DNA from: Octopus sinensis
Lineage: Eukaryota
Direction of reading: 5' to 3'
DNA: 64,000 nucleotides
NCBI RefSeq assembly: GCF_006345805.1
Contig: NW_021833065.1
Span: 124,001 to 188,000 of the forward strand
The notes under the pieces were generated by a model that was not told where the DNA came from, did no database searches, and saw nothing but the letters and a program-made list of their open reading frames with translations. Positions within the stretch are counted from its first letter, which is position 1. Each line of letters starts with the position of its first letter. This document shows, piece by piece, positions 23,897 to 37,896 of the stretch. A program made the translations under genes and the position numbers.

Positions 23897-25052
23897 CCTA
23901 ACAATGCTGAACCCTTCCACTATGTGGTACCTACTTACAATTAAAGGGGTTGACCTGTGAAAGTTAAATGGTCACAAACATATCACAATGCTGAGGTAGA
24001 ATATGAAGTGGTTATTCCAAACTTCTATTTGATCCTTTCAACTCATCCATTCATAGCTTACCTTTGTAGAAGCAGTAAAAGTGATATACTAGCTTACCAA
24101 TTCTAATGATAATTTTTTAAGAAAAAATATATTTCAAACGTTAGAGAGTTATAGATTTTGGAGAATGAAGATAGCTTACAATGTGGACAAATTGTTATTG
24201 GCATATAGTGTACAACATGTATCTGTGATTGAAATATCATCCTAGATATGTGAGCTGTACTTTTGTCTCAGTTGCAACTCATCAGCTATTTTTGTACATA
24301 AAGCACAAATTATTTCAAATTATTGAAAATCATAGTGATAGACTAAGGCTGTTTCCCATTTTTCATTTTTAGAAAGACTTTTGACAAATGGTGCATACCA
24401 AGTTCTTCCTGTATAATAAATCTGAAATCTAAATATAACCACCTAAATTCAGAACTTCTTAAGTGATGATGAATCCTTTGATGTTTCAAATGATTCATCA
24501 TTTTGCCAAATGTTCTTCTCATCTTTAGTTATCATCAGCTCTATTTAATCAGTCTTTCATGTTGTTTAAAAACCACCAAATCAGCCCTTATCAACAGATC
24601 CTATGCAAATGAGATTGGTTGGCATCTGTTGTTAATAATCAGTCAGTGTAAAAAAAACCATTGAATCCTTCAGTGGAGAGCTGAGAATCCAGTAATGTTA
24701 AATTACTCTCAAAAAAATTCAACAAAAACACTGATATTTTACCAACCTCATCAAATTAATCCTCTCACCACCAATAAACAACTCATCAAAATTAACCTCA
24801 CCCCTGAGCAACTGCAAGAATAGACCTTAATAATGTGTACTTAGAATTAGAAAACCAACCAGCCTCACTCACTGAATATAGCCCAAACCTTGAAATACAT
24901 GAAAACAACAGCCATAAAGATTTGATCATCTTCTAGATTTAAAAATTTTGATTTTGAATAGCTATTTAAATTCTTGAAAACACTGTTTGGTTTTGGAAAC
25001 TGCTTCCATATTTGGGATAGTGCATCTTTATGCTTAAGAAAACTGATAGCGA

Positions 25053-25508
25053 TTATTTTTTCCACATATGTCTTAATCTCCCTAACCACTCTTAAATCAA
25101 TCCCAATCTTAACTATCATTTTATATGATCCATTGCAATCTCTATAATTCATGAATAATTATTTCCAGAATGGAAATAATTTTCAGTTCCTAGCCTGTAT
25201 GCTCCTTCTGTTTCTACAGTAGTGGATTCTGCTCCTTATATCTTATTACTGGTATTCACTCCTCTTAAACTTAATCCCCAAACTTGTTTCTCTGCTTCTC
25301 ACAACTCATAATACTTGTTTTATTCCAATAAATCTATATTTAAATTTTATATGTATTCATTCAGAATAACATCTTCCATCTCACAGAACTGTTTTCTCAA
25401 TTATTTTTTCCACATATATCTTAATCTCCCTAACCCCTCTTAAATCAATCCCAATCTTAACTATCATTTTGTATGATACATTGCAATCTCTATAATTCAT
25501 GGATAATA
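25053..25508 (+). repeat. ~108-bp direct duplication (25053-25160 and 25401-25508)
   Basis: TTATTTTTTCCACATATGTCTTAATCTCCCTAACC...CTCTATAATTCATG present twice with few substitutions. Confidence 0.9.
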
Positions 25509-26394
25509 TATTTCTTTGTTACACAATGATTTGCTTGATAGGTACTAACCCACTCAAATTTTGGGAGAAGATACTGTAAATAATATTGACTACAATATTT
25601 TACTGGTACTTATTATTATGATCCTGGAAGGATGAAAAGCTAGTCTATCACAACAGAATTTAAACTTAGAACATAAAGGGAGATAAAGAAATACTAAAAG
25701 CTATTTTGTATATTACATTAGTAACTCAGTCAATAAAACCAAATTTTTTGACTTTGTATATCCAGAGGTGGTTATCAGTTTGGCAGTTTCTTCCTACTGT
25801 TTTGAAAAACAGTTTTTCTGAGCCTATTTTCTATAATATATTACTTGCAACAGATGTTTCACATTTTGAAATATCAAGGCCATGTGGGGTGTTAGTTTTC
25901 ATTTATTTATTTAATTTTTCTTTTTAGTGATTTTGTGTTAAAACAAGATTTCACATTTACTGTAATATAATAAGCAGTTTATTTTGAAGAAACTTGTGTT
26001 AAAACTGTGAACTGATAATGTTTAATCTATTTCTGGAAGTTTAACTTTTTTCCTAGTGCCACTTTTTTGTCGAGGCAAATAACTTTGTGTCATATTACAA
26101 GTTGCAACTTGTAAAATACAAAATAAATTTAAAGTTAGTTTGATTACAAAAGTTTGTTTTTTGTGATAAGAACAGATTTGAGTTTAAGTAAAATAAAAAT
26201 AGGATGAATTAAGATAAGCTTTTCTAACTGGAATTTAAAATATTATAAAGCTGAAAATATTACATTAGCTCGTGTTTGTATGTTTGTACTGTGAAGGAAA
26301 CCAGAGTACTGTGAAATTACTATGATGATTTAGTTTCTTTGTTAAGAGTACTGGCCTTGACCCATGGTACCCTACTTTTATTTATATATATATT

Positions 26395-28554
26395 ATCATC
26401 ATCATTATCAGCATCGTTTAATGTCCGCTTTCCATGCTAGCATGGGTTGGATGATTTGACTGAGGTCTGGTGACCCAGATGGCTGCACCACACTCCAATC
26501 TGATCTGGCAGAGTTTCTACAGCTGGATGCCCTTCCTAACGCCAACCACTCCAAGAGTGCAGTGGGTGCTTTTATGTGCCACTGACATGAGGGCCAGTCA
26601 GGCAGTACTGGCAACAGTCACGCTCAAATGGTGCTTTTTATGTGCCATCTGCACAGGGGCCAGTCCAGCGGCATTGGCAATGACCTCGCTTGAATATTTT
26701 TTCTCGTGCCAGTAAGGCAACGCAGGTAACAATCACGCTCGAATGGTGTTTTTTACATGCCACTGGCATGGAGGCCAGCTTGTTGCTCTGGCAATGGTCA
26801 CACTCATATGGTACTCTTAGCGCTGCACTAGCACGGATGCCAGTCATTGAATTTGATTTCGCTTTCGATTTTGATTTCACTTGCCTCAACAGGTCTTTGC
26901 AAGCAGAGTTTAGTGTCCAATGAAGGAAAGGTATGCATATGTGGGCTGGTTACACCCCTGGCATATACCACAAGGTTATGATCTCACTTGAGCTTGCCGA
27001 GTCTTCTCAAGCACAGCATATTTCCAAAGGTCCCGGTCATTAGTCATTGCCTCGGTGAGACCCAATGTTCGAAGGTCATGCTTCACCACATCACTCCAGG
27101 TCTTCCTGGGTCTACCTCTTCCACAGGTACCCTCAACCACTAGGGTGTGACACACAGCTATCAATATCCATTCTCACCACATGGCCATACCAGCGCAGTT
27201 GTCTCTCTTGCACACCACATCTGATGTTTCTTAGGTCCAACTTTTCTCTCAAGGTACTTACACTCTGTCGAGTATACACACTGACATTACTCATCCATCG
27301 GATCATACTGGCTTCATTCCTTGCGAGTTTATGCATGTCTTCAGCAGTCACAGCCCATGTTTCACTGCCATGTAGCATGGCTTTTCGTACACATGCGTCA
27401 TACAGTCTACCTTTTACTCTGAGCAAGAGGCCCTTTGTCACCAGCAGAGGTAAGAGCTCTCTGAACTTTGCCCAGGCTATTCTTATTCTAGCAACTACAC
27501 TTTCAGTACACCCTCCCCTGCTACTGACTTGGTCACCTATGTAACGGAAGCTTTCAACTACTTCTAGTTTTTCTTCCTGGAATGTGGCGGAAGTTGTTCT
27601 CTGCACATTTTCAGTGTTTATTGCTCCTGAGCATCTGCCACATACAAAAACTATCTTCCCAGTTAGCCTTCCTTTGGTATTGCTGTACCTCTTATGTGTC
27701 CATAGCTTACACTGAGTATATCTTATAGAGTTTTTACCTACGACTTTTCTACAGACTGAGCAGGGCCATCTACCTGAAGGGATTTGCAGTTTGCCAGCCT
27801 TCCTACTTATTAGGACTTTGGTTTTAGCTAGGTTGACTCTAAAGCCCTTCGATTCTAATACTTGTTTCCACACTTGAAACTTCTCTATTTCTGATAGTGA
27901 CTCAGCAATTAGAGCAAGCTCGCCAGCATAGAGGATAGATGCTCCCAGGGGCATCCTGTCTTGAATTCCTCTGTTATTGCCAGGAGGACTATGAGAAATA
28001 GGAGGGGGCTGAGGACTGAACCTTGGTGGACCCCAACCTCTACCCGGAATTCTTCACTGTTTTTGTTGCCAACCCTTACCCTTTCTGACAGCGTCCCTGT
28101 ATATAGCTTGCACAGCTCTCACTAACCATTCATCTATCCCTAGTTTCCTCATTGACCACCAGATAAGGGATTGGGGGACCCTGTCAAAGGCTTTCTCCAT
28201 GTCAACGAATGCCAGGTACAGAGGTTTATCTTTGGCTAGATATTTCTCCTGCAGCTGTCTTACCAGAAATATAGCATCGGTGGTGCTTTTCCCTGGCACA
28301 AACCCAAACTGCATCTCATCTAAACTGACTCTTTCCCTAATTAGTTGAGCTATGACCCTCTCCATGACCTTTATTACCTGATCCAACAACTTGATACCTC
28401 TGTAATTATTTGTATTTAAAGCATCACCTTTACCTTTGTAGCTGTTGACTATTATGCTGCTACACCAGTCATTGGGTATGACTCCTTCGTGTATCACCTG
28501 GCTAACTATACGGGTGACTAGGTTATAGCCAACACTGCCAGATATTTTGAGCAT
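26395..28554 (-). mobile_element. RTE LINE, 5'-truncated RT plus 3' UTR (same family as 10644-14752)
   Basis: ORFs 28054-28560 and 27133-27954 are close matches to the plus-strand copy; YADD is degraded to YAGE. Confidence 0.95.
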
Positions 28555-29421
28555 ATTCAATAAAGTTGATTAATTTTACAGTGCTCAACACAGAGATTCT
28601 ATAATTCAATGAATGCTATGTCAATTTCTTAGTTTGTATTATAATTGGTATAGTTTTCTGCTGCACCACTTTTATCCTGTTTTTTCAGGCCAGCCTCTTA
28701 GCATTTATGGTTCCATCTACAGTACTATTCCATCACTATGTTATTTTCCATCTGGCTAATATCTTACCCCAATGATAGACTTTGTCTGTAGCTCTTACCA
28801 TGTTGTTTTACACAACCAGAAGGATCGGTCTTAACACTTTTTTCTGTTGGGTACAGGTGTTCTTGATTACAGCCAGGTGCCAGGAGTAGATACTGAAACT
28901 GGTGCAGATAGTTTGGCATTTTTTTTCAGTGATTTGCTCTGAAGGAAGGGGCTATGCCTATAGCTTTCACAAGCCGTCTGAGACAGTGAGATTGATATGT
29001 TTGATGCTTCTTGAACAATTGCAAGAAAAACACATTCAGAGAGAATTCCAGAAAGAAATTTGGAGAAGAACTAAGCATAGTAGTTAGTGTGACTCCTAGA
29101 CATGGCAGACACAACATGAGTGATGAGATGGGGAGAGACTAGTGGGTAGGTGGGCCTGGATAGGTGAGCCTGGATATGTGGGCCTAGCATGCGACCATCC
29201 AGCTCTGAAATGTAAAAGCAACAATAGCTGTTGAAAGGTAAGAGTGAGGAGGCAGAAAGTCTGTGGGTTAGATGTCTTGGTGTGTAAATAATTTGGGATC
29301 TGATGTATGTAAATACACTGCTTTGCAATTCAGAGTGCTTTACACCTCATCCTCATGAAACTAAACATTGGCACATCCCCTTCTCTCCTATGTAGATATG
29401 CCTGATATGTTATATCCAACC

Positions 29422-29463
<42 letters not shown>

Positions 29464-31309
29464 CTTTGCTTCTCCTCTTCTCCCACTCCTTTGATTTTAT
29501 TACTTAACTCTTGTAGCTACTATTCTTTGATACCTAGCAACTATCTAGATCCATCCTGAGAACTGGTCAGTGGTTTCCAGCAATTTATCCCAAGGGAACG
29601 GTTAGCCATCTCCTATGTCATAATTTTCCATTACCAACAATTAGTAATGTTTAGAAATTTAGTTTACCTCCATATCTTTTCTTTTTTTTCTTTTTATTTT
29701 TTACTTTCAAATCTATGTTGTTCCCAAATTAAAATTTATCATCACTAATTTAGAGAAAGATTAGGTATGCATAACCATTCTGTCTAATTTTATGGAAAAT
29801 GCAAAATAATTTGGCTTAGCTAATTAGCTGACTAAAGTTTGTATTGCAAATAATAAAGTCATTTGCACAAGAAAATTCAAAGGGCCTTGATCTCTCTTGT
29901 CTGTTCTTATGTAATACAACCCTAGTTTCTTTTTACATCAATGTATTTTATTGATCTTTTCTCATATATGTCACCATAGTTGGTTGACTATTGAAATGAC
30001 TAACTATGGATGACAATGCCACAGTCATTATTCTAGAGGTAACTTGAACAAAGATCTCACAGAAGACGGGTCATTTTACTACATTGTAAATCATAAGCAA
30101 ATCTACTCAGTTCTTTACTAAGAATGCCAGGTTCTTCCCCTCAGAAGAATTTCTACTTGAGTTCTTTGCCAATGAGAATCTAGCTGAAGTACTGAGGCAC
30201 CTAAGCATCTCATTTCTTGAACATATGACAATTGGATTTGACCCCATATTTGGCCTCATGTAAATCATGTAGTTGATCTTGGTGCCAAACCCATTTCAGT
30301 CCAAACAACAGCTTTTGTTCACATGATAGTCTGGTGGCATGACTAGAACTTTCTGTGAACAGAGCCTAAAAATAGCTGCTCATTTTAGCACATTAAGGGC
30401 TGAGTGAATTCAGTTTTTGGTGGAGCTTGCTCTTGACACATAGCTGTCCTCACAGCTACATATTCAACCTGGTACAATAAATGAAGAAACATACTGCAAC
30501 AACACAGCATGAATATGTATTGACGAGTAAAATTAGCCTAGTGTTGAATTTTCTGATAAAGATCTGTACTTTTAATATACATAGTTTCATATAAAATTTA
30601 CTCTTTTTGTATTGCATGAACATCTTCCATATTAATGTAGCAATAAGTGTTGTATATTTACTTACAACAAACCTTTCTTCATGACCATATTACGAACATA
30701 ACATGCACTGCTCAATTTAACATCATTATCTGACCCTTGGGTGCTTGTAGAAAAGCTCACTCTGCTAGTAAAGGACTCTGACTCAAATACTGCAACAGAA
30801 GTGTATTTTTTTCCCTTCCTTCCAACAGATTCAGAAGCCCTGAAAAGAGTCATGGCTGCTGCCCTCCCTCTACCTTCCAAAGAAATCATTAAAAAAGAGA
30901 AAATTTTTTATCTCTCCAGACTTATCTTTCAAAGGCACAACATTGATAGTGGCAAACCTTAAATTAGAATCCCCAAAGAAGAAAATTGTTGCTAATGACT
31001 GATTTCTAGTCATCGTATACAGTAAGCTTGTTTTCTTTATACACAATATTCTGTCTCTGTGAATTTCTTTTATTTCATTTTTATTTATTTATCTACTCAT
31101 TCATTTATCTTTTTCTTCTACATAGATTCACCTATTTTTGTACATACATATTAATTTATCTCTTCATGTATCAGTCATCCCTCATTTTTTGACTTTTTCT
31201 TTTCACACACACACACACACACTATCTTTGCACACACATGTATGAGTGTGTATGGATATTTGCATTATATCCTATATATTATGTCTATATATAGCAAATT
31301 TTTGTCATC

Positions 31310-31830
31310 TCCTTCAGGAGGCTCAACATCCTGAGATAAGCCTTCTCTATTTCACTCCACATCTTTCCAGGTCTCTCTCTTCCTCAGATTCCAAACACTA
31401 AGCGATCGGCAATTCTTTATACAGCTATTCTCATCCATACACATCACTCACAGTACGAACACAGTCTTCTTTGTTACACACCACATTTTTTTAAAGCCTA
31501 ATTTTACCTCAATATATTTGTGCTCCATTGTTCATGCACACTAATAGTTCACATCCAACAGAATATGTTCACTTAATTTCTTTTTGGTCTTCACAGGACC
31601 TCTACATTTAGTACCCAAATCTCACTGCCATGTAGCATTGCAGTTCATACACAAAAATCATACTGTTTGACTTTCACTCTGAGAGAGAAAACTTTCTGAA
31701 TTTTCTCTAGCCTGTTCATACTCTGGCAACCATACTTTCTGAACATCATTTTCCACTACTAATTAGGTTACACAGGAAACTAAAGCTATTTTCTACTTCT
31801 AGAGATCTTCATGAGCATTAAGGAGAAATT
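31310..31830 (-). mobile_element. Old RTE RT C-terminal relic
   Basis: CTCACTGCCATGTAGCATTGC and the flanking pattern match the RTE LHGSET region on the minus strand. Confidence 0.55.
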
Positions 31831-32099
31831 ATGTTGTGTGTGCTTCTACTGTTCATTGCTCTTGCACATCTACTACATACAAAGTCTTTCTTTATTAACC
31901 TGCTTATGATACCACCAGACCATATGAAATTTCTACTTACTCCTTTTCTATATATAGAGCAATGCCATTTCCCATGCATATATGCACATGCATATACATA
32001 TAAACATATATATACTGAACTGTTAATCCCTACACATTTTTTATCACTGTGTTTGTTTTTTGTTGTTGTTTTTTTTTGTTCTCTCTTCCTTTTTTACCT

Positions 32100-32308
32100 C
32101 TCAATCCTTTCTGTTGAAAAGTGTATGCTTGAAATGTCAAAGACTTTTCCATTCCTGATGTTCCCTCACCTGTGTGTGTGTGTTGACCAAGGAAAGAAAA
32201 CTTCGAATGACCCATCCTTGTTTTCTTTGTATCGGCTATCTGGATGTTTTGTTGTCCCTTTTTGTATCACCTAGCTGTCCAGATGTTTTACGTTCTTGTC
32301 CCATTTTG

Positions 32309-32375
<67 letters not shown>

Positions 32376-32491
32376 TATATATGTATAGTTGAAATTGACA
32401 GAAAAACAAAAGATGAAGACAGGTGTATAAACAACAAGCATGTATATTAGCTTGACACTCAGGAAGGTGAGAAAGTCTTTTACGTTTTGAG

Positions 32492-32496
<5 letters not shown>
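32100..32496. mobile_element. PLE-type terminal-repeat fragments in inverted arrangement, with a degenerate hammerhead at 32107-32142
   Basis: CTTT-CTGTTGA-A-AAGT(GTAT)GCTT-GAAAT-GT-C-AAAG; inverted partial copy (AGGCTCAAAACGTAAAAGACTTT on minus) at 32471-32495. Confidence 0.5.
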
Positions 32497-32525
<29 letters not shown>

Positions 32526-32596
32526 GTACGTGAATACATATATATGTATGTGCATATGTGTGTGCATGTATGCATGTGTGTGTGTTAACATAATAT

Positions 32597-33297
32597 CATC
32601 ATCGTTTAACGTATGTTTTCCATGCTAGCATGGGTTGATGCTTTGACTGGGGACTGGCAAGCCAGGAGGCTGCACCAGGCTCCAATCTGATCTGGCAATA
32701 TTTCTACAGCTCGATGCCTTTCCTAACACTAACCACTTTGAGATTGTAGTGAGTGCTTTTTACATGCCACCAGCACAGGAGCCAGTCAGGCAGCACAGGA
32801 ACCAGTTGGGGCAGCGGGGCTGGCATTGACCATGTTCATATGGTGCTTTTTATGTGCCACCAGCATGAGGAGCCAGTCAGGCAGCACTGGCAACAACCCA
32901 TGCATGAATGGTGCTTATTGCGTGCCACCAGCACAGGAGACAGACAGGTGGCACTGGTATGGGCAACAACTACAATTTCCATTTTGATTTTGATTTGATT
33001 GAGATTCTGATTGTGATTTTGATTTTGATTTTTGATTTTGATTTTTGATTTTACTTGACTCACTAGGTCTCCTCAAGCACGGCATGTTGCCCATGATTCA
33101 AAGGTACTTTTTAAATGGGCTGGTTATGCGACACTGGTATAGGCTACAGCTGTGATCTCACTTTACTTGCAGGATCTTCTCAATCACAGCATATCTCCAG
33201 AGGTCTTGGTCTCTTGTCATTGTCTCTATGAGGCCCAACATTCGAAGGTCGTGCTTCACCACCTCATCCCCTGTCTTCCTGGGTCTCCCTCTTCCAA
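32597..33297 (-). mobile_element. RTE 3' end (ORF end plus UTR)
   Basis: ATCATCATCGTTTAAC start; CATTCGAAGGTCGTGCTTCACCACC matches the RT terminus. Confidence 0.85.
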
Positions 33298-33435
33298 TAT
33301 GTATAAGTATACTTATACACAATCATGCAACAAATGGGCTCCCAGTGACTTATGTATTTCGCATTTTGGGTGGACCATTTTGTCAATTAAAACATACTAG
33401 CTCTATAGCACTTCTTTTCACTAGTATTAGTCAAC

Positions 33436-33655
33436 AAAACACAGTCAGCTGACAGAATTGTTAGAGCTTAGTGTCATTTCTTCCAGCTGTTTACATTCTG
33501 AGTTCAAATCCCATCAAAATGAAATTTGCTTGTCATCCTTTGGGGAAGCAGGGAGGGAGTGATAAAATAAAGTACCAATCAAATACTGGGGTCGATGTAA
33601 TTGAGTAACTCTGCCCCCGAAAACTGCTGGCTTTGGTGCCAAAATTAGAATGAAT
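33436..33655 (+). mobile_element. SINE family A copy
   Basis: CTGAGTTCAAATCCC B-box; 11-bp TSD TATTAGTCAAC at 33425-33435 and 33656-33666. Confidence 0.75.
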
Positions 33656-33658
33656 TAT

Positions 33659-33889
33659 TAGTCAACTAGTTAATTAATTAACCGATTAAGTAATTGATTG
33701 TTTGACTAATTGTTTGATCAGTCAGTTGGTGTTTAGATAAATCAAACCACACCTGGAGCAATGAGGGTATGTCATTGATGATATTGTGAATGGCTATGTA
33801 TGGAGTCTGATGAACCAAATGATTGATTGATAATTCGATTATTTACACAATCAATTAGTTAATTGATTAATTCATTAATTAGTCGACTA
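33659..33889. mobile_element. MITE-like element with ~55-bp imperfect terminal inverted repeats
   Basis: TAGTCAACTAGTTAATTAATTAACCGATTAAGTAATTGATTG versus reverse complement of the right end TAGTCGACTAATTAATGAATTAATCAATTAACTAATTGATTG. Confidence 0.6.
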
Positions 33890-35169
33890 CTAATAATAAG
33901 AGGAGGTGAAACAGAACCAGTTTGAGCGTTTATATTGGCAACAGAACTGTCCTAAGATATAACATCTGTTCCATCAGACCATTTACATCAAGAATCTTGC
34001 AAAACAAATACTAAAATTACACACACACACACAACACATACACACTCATGTATGTATGTATGTATGTTCATGACTGTGTCTGTGTGTACAAAAAGAGTAA
34101 GTTCTGATAGAACCATATTCCAGAAATAGCAACTAATAAAGGATTTTGCTTGGTAAGAGGAGACTAAAGGGAAAGCAAAATTTTATTTTACTTTTTTCCT
34201 CCAACATGTGCCAACATGGAAAAACAGGTTAAACTAATAACAAATTTTATGACACACATACCCTGTCTTTCTGATTATCTGAACCAATACAGTAGACTCT
34301 TTTTAGAATGCATTCTCTTTCACTTCATTTATTTATATTTTATTCAAAATCAAGATCACAATATTAGCTATCCAAGCTTGTCTCTTCCTTTCTGATTGGT
34401 CATGTATAAGTCCTTTTTATAAATAAGTTCTTTTTTTACATTTTTCTAATTTTTATTAGTTGATTGTTTTTAACTCTTTCTGGCCTCTCTTTCACTCATA
34501 TCTCTCTCTCTTTCTCTCTCTCCCCCTCTCTCTCTCGTGATCTCAAATTACTAGTTATATTATTTGCTACTGATATGGATCTACAAGTAGAACATTATTC
34601 ATCACATTTGCTTTTATCATTCATAGTCTGGCTCCAGTACATGTTTATATACCTTGGAATTCTTTACACCACATTATACTTATTTGATTGGTGGAGACAG
34701 TTGACACTTTACTTTTACAGGTTCACCTATACATACCAAATTTTTTTTTAAAAGTCTGTTTTTATCAAAAGAAAAACAGAGATGATAGTCAGACGCTATG
34801 CCACTAGTATAGTAGCAGCAAATTTAATCTTTTGCAATGAGAAAGTTTTAATAATAAATAACATTACTGCTATCAGAAGAATATATCATAGTTATGTACT
34901 TCAGTCATCTTATGCAACAGGATTTATCTGCACTTACTCTAATCACTAACTTCTGTTATGTTGAGTGGTATATGCCTTACTGGAACCATCTGTCTTCATT
35001 TCCAGGTGAGAATGAAGGCTATCTGGCTTTCATGTTCACTTGAGTAATATGATAGGCATTTGGTTTCCTGAACTTAGTTATACAAATGGTTAGGCCATTT
35101 GCATCATAGGATTCCAAAAGCCTAAGCAGCAAAGAAACAGACTTGAAAAATCTATAAGGAAGGTAACAA

Positions 35170-36960
35170 CAGACAATGTTATAAAATAGCTGGATGAGAA
35201 ACTAGAAGTTGGGTGTATTTAGCTAGAGGAGATGTAGAAAGTACAAAGGTTCACAGATATTCTGTGATGCAAGGGTCAGAGATATGAGGTGTCCAATCTG
35301 CAAGACAGTGTGCTAAGGAAATCTGAAATGTCATGGGGGAAAAGTGTTTTGGAATGACAGAGGACACTTAACCTTACTTACTGAAGAAAAAGAGACCTGG
35401 AAGTACTTGGATGTGAAGAAAACATGTGAGAAAGAGGTCTTTTCCAAGTAGACCAAACAAAGGGACCAGCCATCCAAGTTAACAGCAGCAAACAGTGTGA
35501 TTAAGAATATGAAAGGATAGTCACCGAGATGCTTAAAATATCTAGTGAAGTAGGACACATCCTAATTACTTGAATAATTAATCAGGTAGTATAAAAGTCA
35601 TCACATCCAATGACTGACATAACAGTGTCATTAAAAGCTGCTACAGGGGCAAAGAAGATGTGATAACAGAGGCAGCAAATTATAGGACCAGATTATGAAG
35701 CTTAATCATAGCACAGTTGATTAGAAACAGATTTAACCTGGATGAGATGTAGTTCAGCTTAATGCCTGAATGTAGCACCAATACCAGCTACATAGTAAAA
35801 CAACTACAGAAGTACTTAACTAAAAGTAAACCACTATAACTAGCATTTGCCAACATATAAAAGGCTTTTTACAGGGTGCCATGCTTTATAATCAGGTGGC
35901 TGATAAGAAAACCAGATGCAAATAAATGGCTTGTGAAGGTTATATATGATAGTGTTACACAATCAGCAAACTGGAAGTCAGCAATGATGAATTTAGCATA
36001 CAGGTAAGGATTCATCAGGTCTCGGTCTTCAACCTCCTCCTATACACTTTCACCCTTCAGACTATAGCAGAAGTTTAAGACCAGCTGTCCATGGGAACTC
36101 CTGTATTCTTATAGTCTAGTTCCTACAGTTGAATCTGTAGGAGATTTAGTGAAGAAATTCCAAACCTTGAAGCAAAATCTAGGCTTAAGAGACCTCAAAA
36201 TAAACTTAGTAAAGGTTAAGGTTTTTAAAAAGTAGGCCCCTGTTACCATCAGGGAAATGCTTGATATGCAGATAAAGTGAAAGTAGAAATTCCATATATT
36301 GTGCTCAGTGTAAATTATGGATGCACAACTGGTGCAGTAGGATCTCAGGCAAAGTGTTAAAAAAAAGCAAAATTTATATATAGCCTGTGTACATGAGTGG
36401 TTAGTATCTAGAATATACATGAAATTAACTCTTTCAAATGTCCAGGCACTTCTCCAGAAGTAGCTGATAACTTATACTATCTAGGTAACCTAATTAGCAG
36501 TTAGGATGGATGATCTGAAAGCATAATAACCAAAACAAAAGTGGGTTGCAAAAAAGTTCAGTTATATCTGCTGGTAACAATGACTTTGTCTCCCAGTGTG
36601 AAAAGTAAGATGTATGATGCTTTTGAGTGAACTCAATGCTGCATGATAGTGAGATGTAGACACTAAGTACTGAGGACTTGCAAAAGACTAAAAGAAATTA
36701 TACACACATGCTCTGCTGGATATGTAATGTTAGCTTGTATGAACTATTGAGTTCAAATAAGCTAAGAAGAAAAACTGCATATAAAGGCAGTCAAAAAGTA
36801 GTGGGCTGGAATAGGCACACAATACATATGGATAATGACAGTTGCATAAAGAAGAGCTCAGAGTGAATGGAACCCATGGAAGAAAGAGCTCAGAGTGAAT
36901 GGAACCCATGGAAGAAAGAGCTCAGGATGAAGTGGTGAAGACTGATCTTAAGATGTCGTA
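35170..36960 (+). mobile_element. Old, heavily decayed RTE LINE
   Basis: Collinear nucleotide similarity to 11330-13200 (GAGATGCTTAAAATATCT, GGATTCATCAGG, CCATGGGAACTCCTGTAT, CTAGGTAACCTAATTAGCAG). Confidence 0.75.
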
Positions 36961-36976
36961 TTTTATGAAGGTGATG

Positions 36977-37298
36977 GCTTCTGTGCCGGTGGCACGTAAA
37001 AAGCGCCATCCGAACGTGGCCGATGTCAGTGCTGCCTTGACTGGCTTCCGTGCCGGTGGCATGTAAAAAGCACCAATCCGATCGTGGCTGTTTGCCAGCC
37101 TCACCTGGCACCTGTGCCAGTGGCCTGTAAAAAGCACCCACTACACTCACAGAGTGGTTGGCGTTAGGAAGGGCATCCAGCTGTAGAAACACTGCCAGAT
37201 CAGACTGGAGCTTGGTGCAGCCTCATGGCTTCCCAGATCCCTGGTCGAACCGTCCAACCCATGAAGAACGGACATTAAACGATGATGATGATGATGAT
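36977..37298 (+). mobile_element. RTE 3' UTR fragment
   Basis: Matches 14430-14752; (GAT)n tail. Confidence 0.85.
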
Positions 37299-37896
37299 AG
37301 AGGATTATGTTGATTGATGATACACAGTGCTGGAGATCTGATCCCCCATGCAAACTCCATAATATGTACATTAGAATAAAGATAATGTTGGGTACTAGGA
37401 TGTACAATATATATGTCTTTTCTCTATTTTGCATAAGTCACCATCTGCTGCCCTTTTGCCTATTTGGCAAACTTTCATTTCTCTGGCAACCCTTCTCTTC
37501 ACTGGACTATGCCATTCATGAAGTGAGAGAAAACATTAGATATGTCCAACCTCAATCTTCTATTCTGCTGCCACCTGTATTTTGCTACTTTTCTCCCCCA
37601 TCAATCACAATACTTGAGTAAGTAGGGATTACATAAAATCTTCTGGTACCCAGTGGATCCCTCATTTACATTTATGTATTGACAGTCAACAACCCCTTCC
37701 CATGAGGTTACTTTTTAACCTGCATTATCTTTCTATGCCACAAAATTCCACTTCTTTTCCTCTTGGTCACTTTTTATTGACATCCATTATTTCTATATGA
37801 CTATGAGAGGAAAATTAGGCACAAGAGGCATTAAATGAAGTGTGCAATAGAGACAACTACATTTGTATGGCCATGTGAGGCATATGGTCATGTCAT

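Noticed and set aside
36852-36925. 32-bp tandem duplication in an old RTE
   Set aside because: Ordinary slippage duplication.
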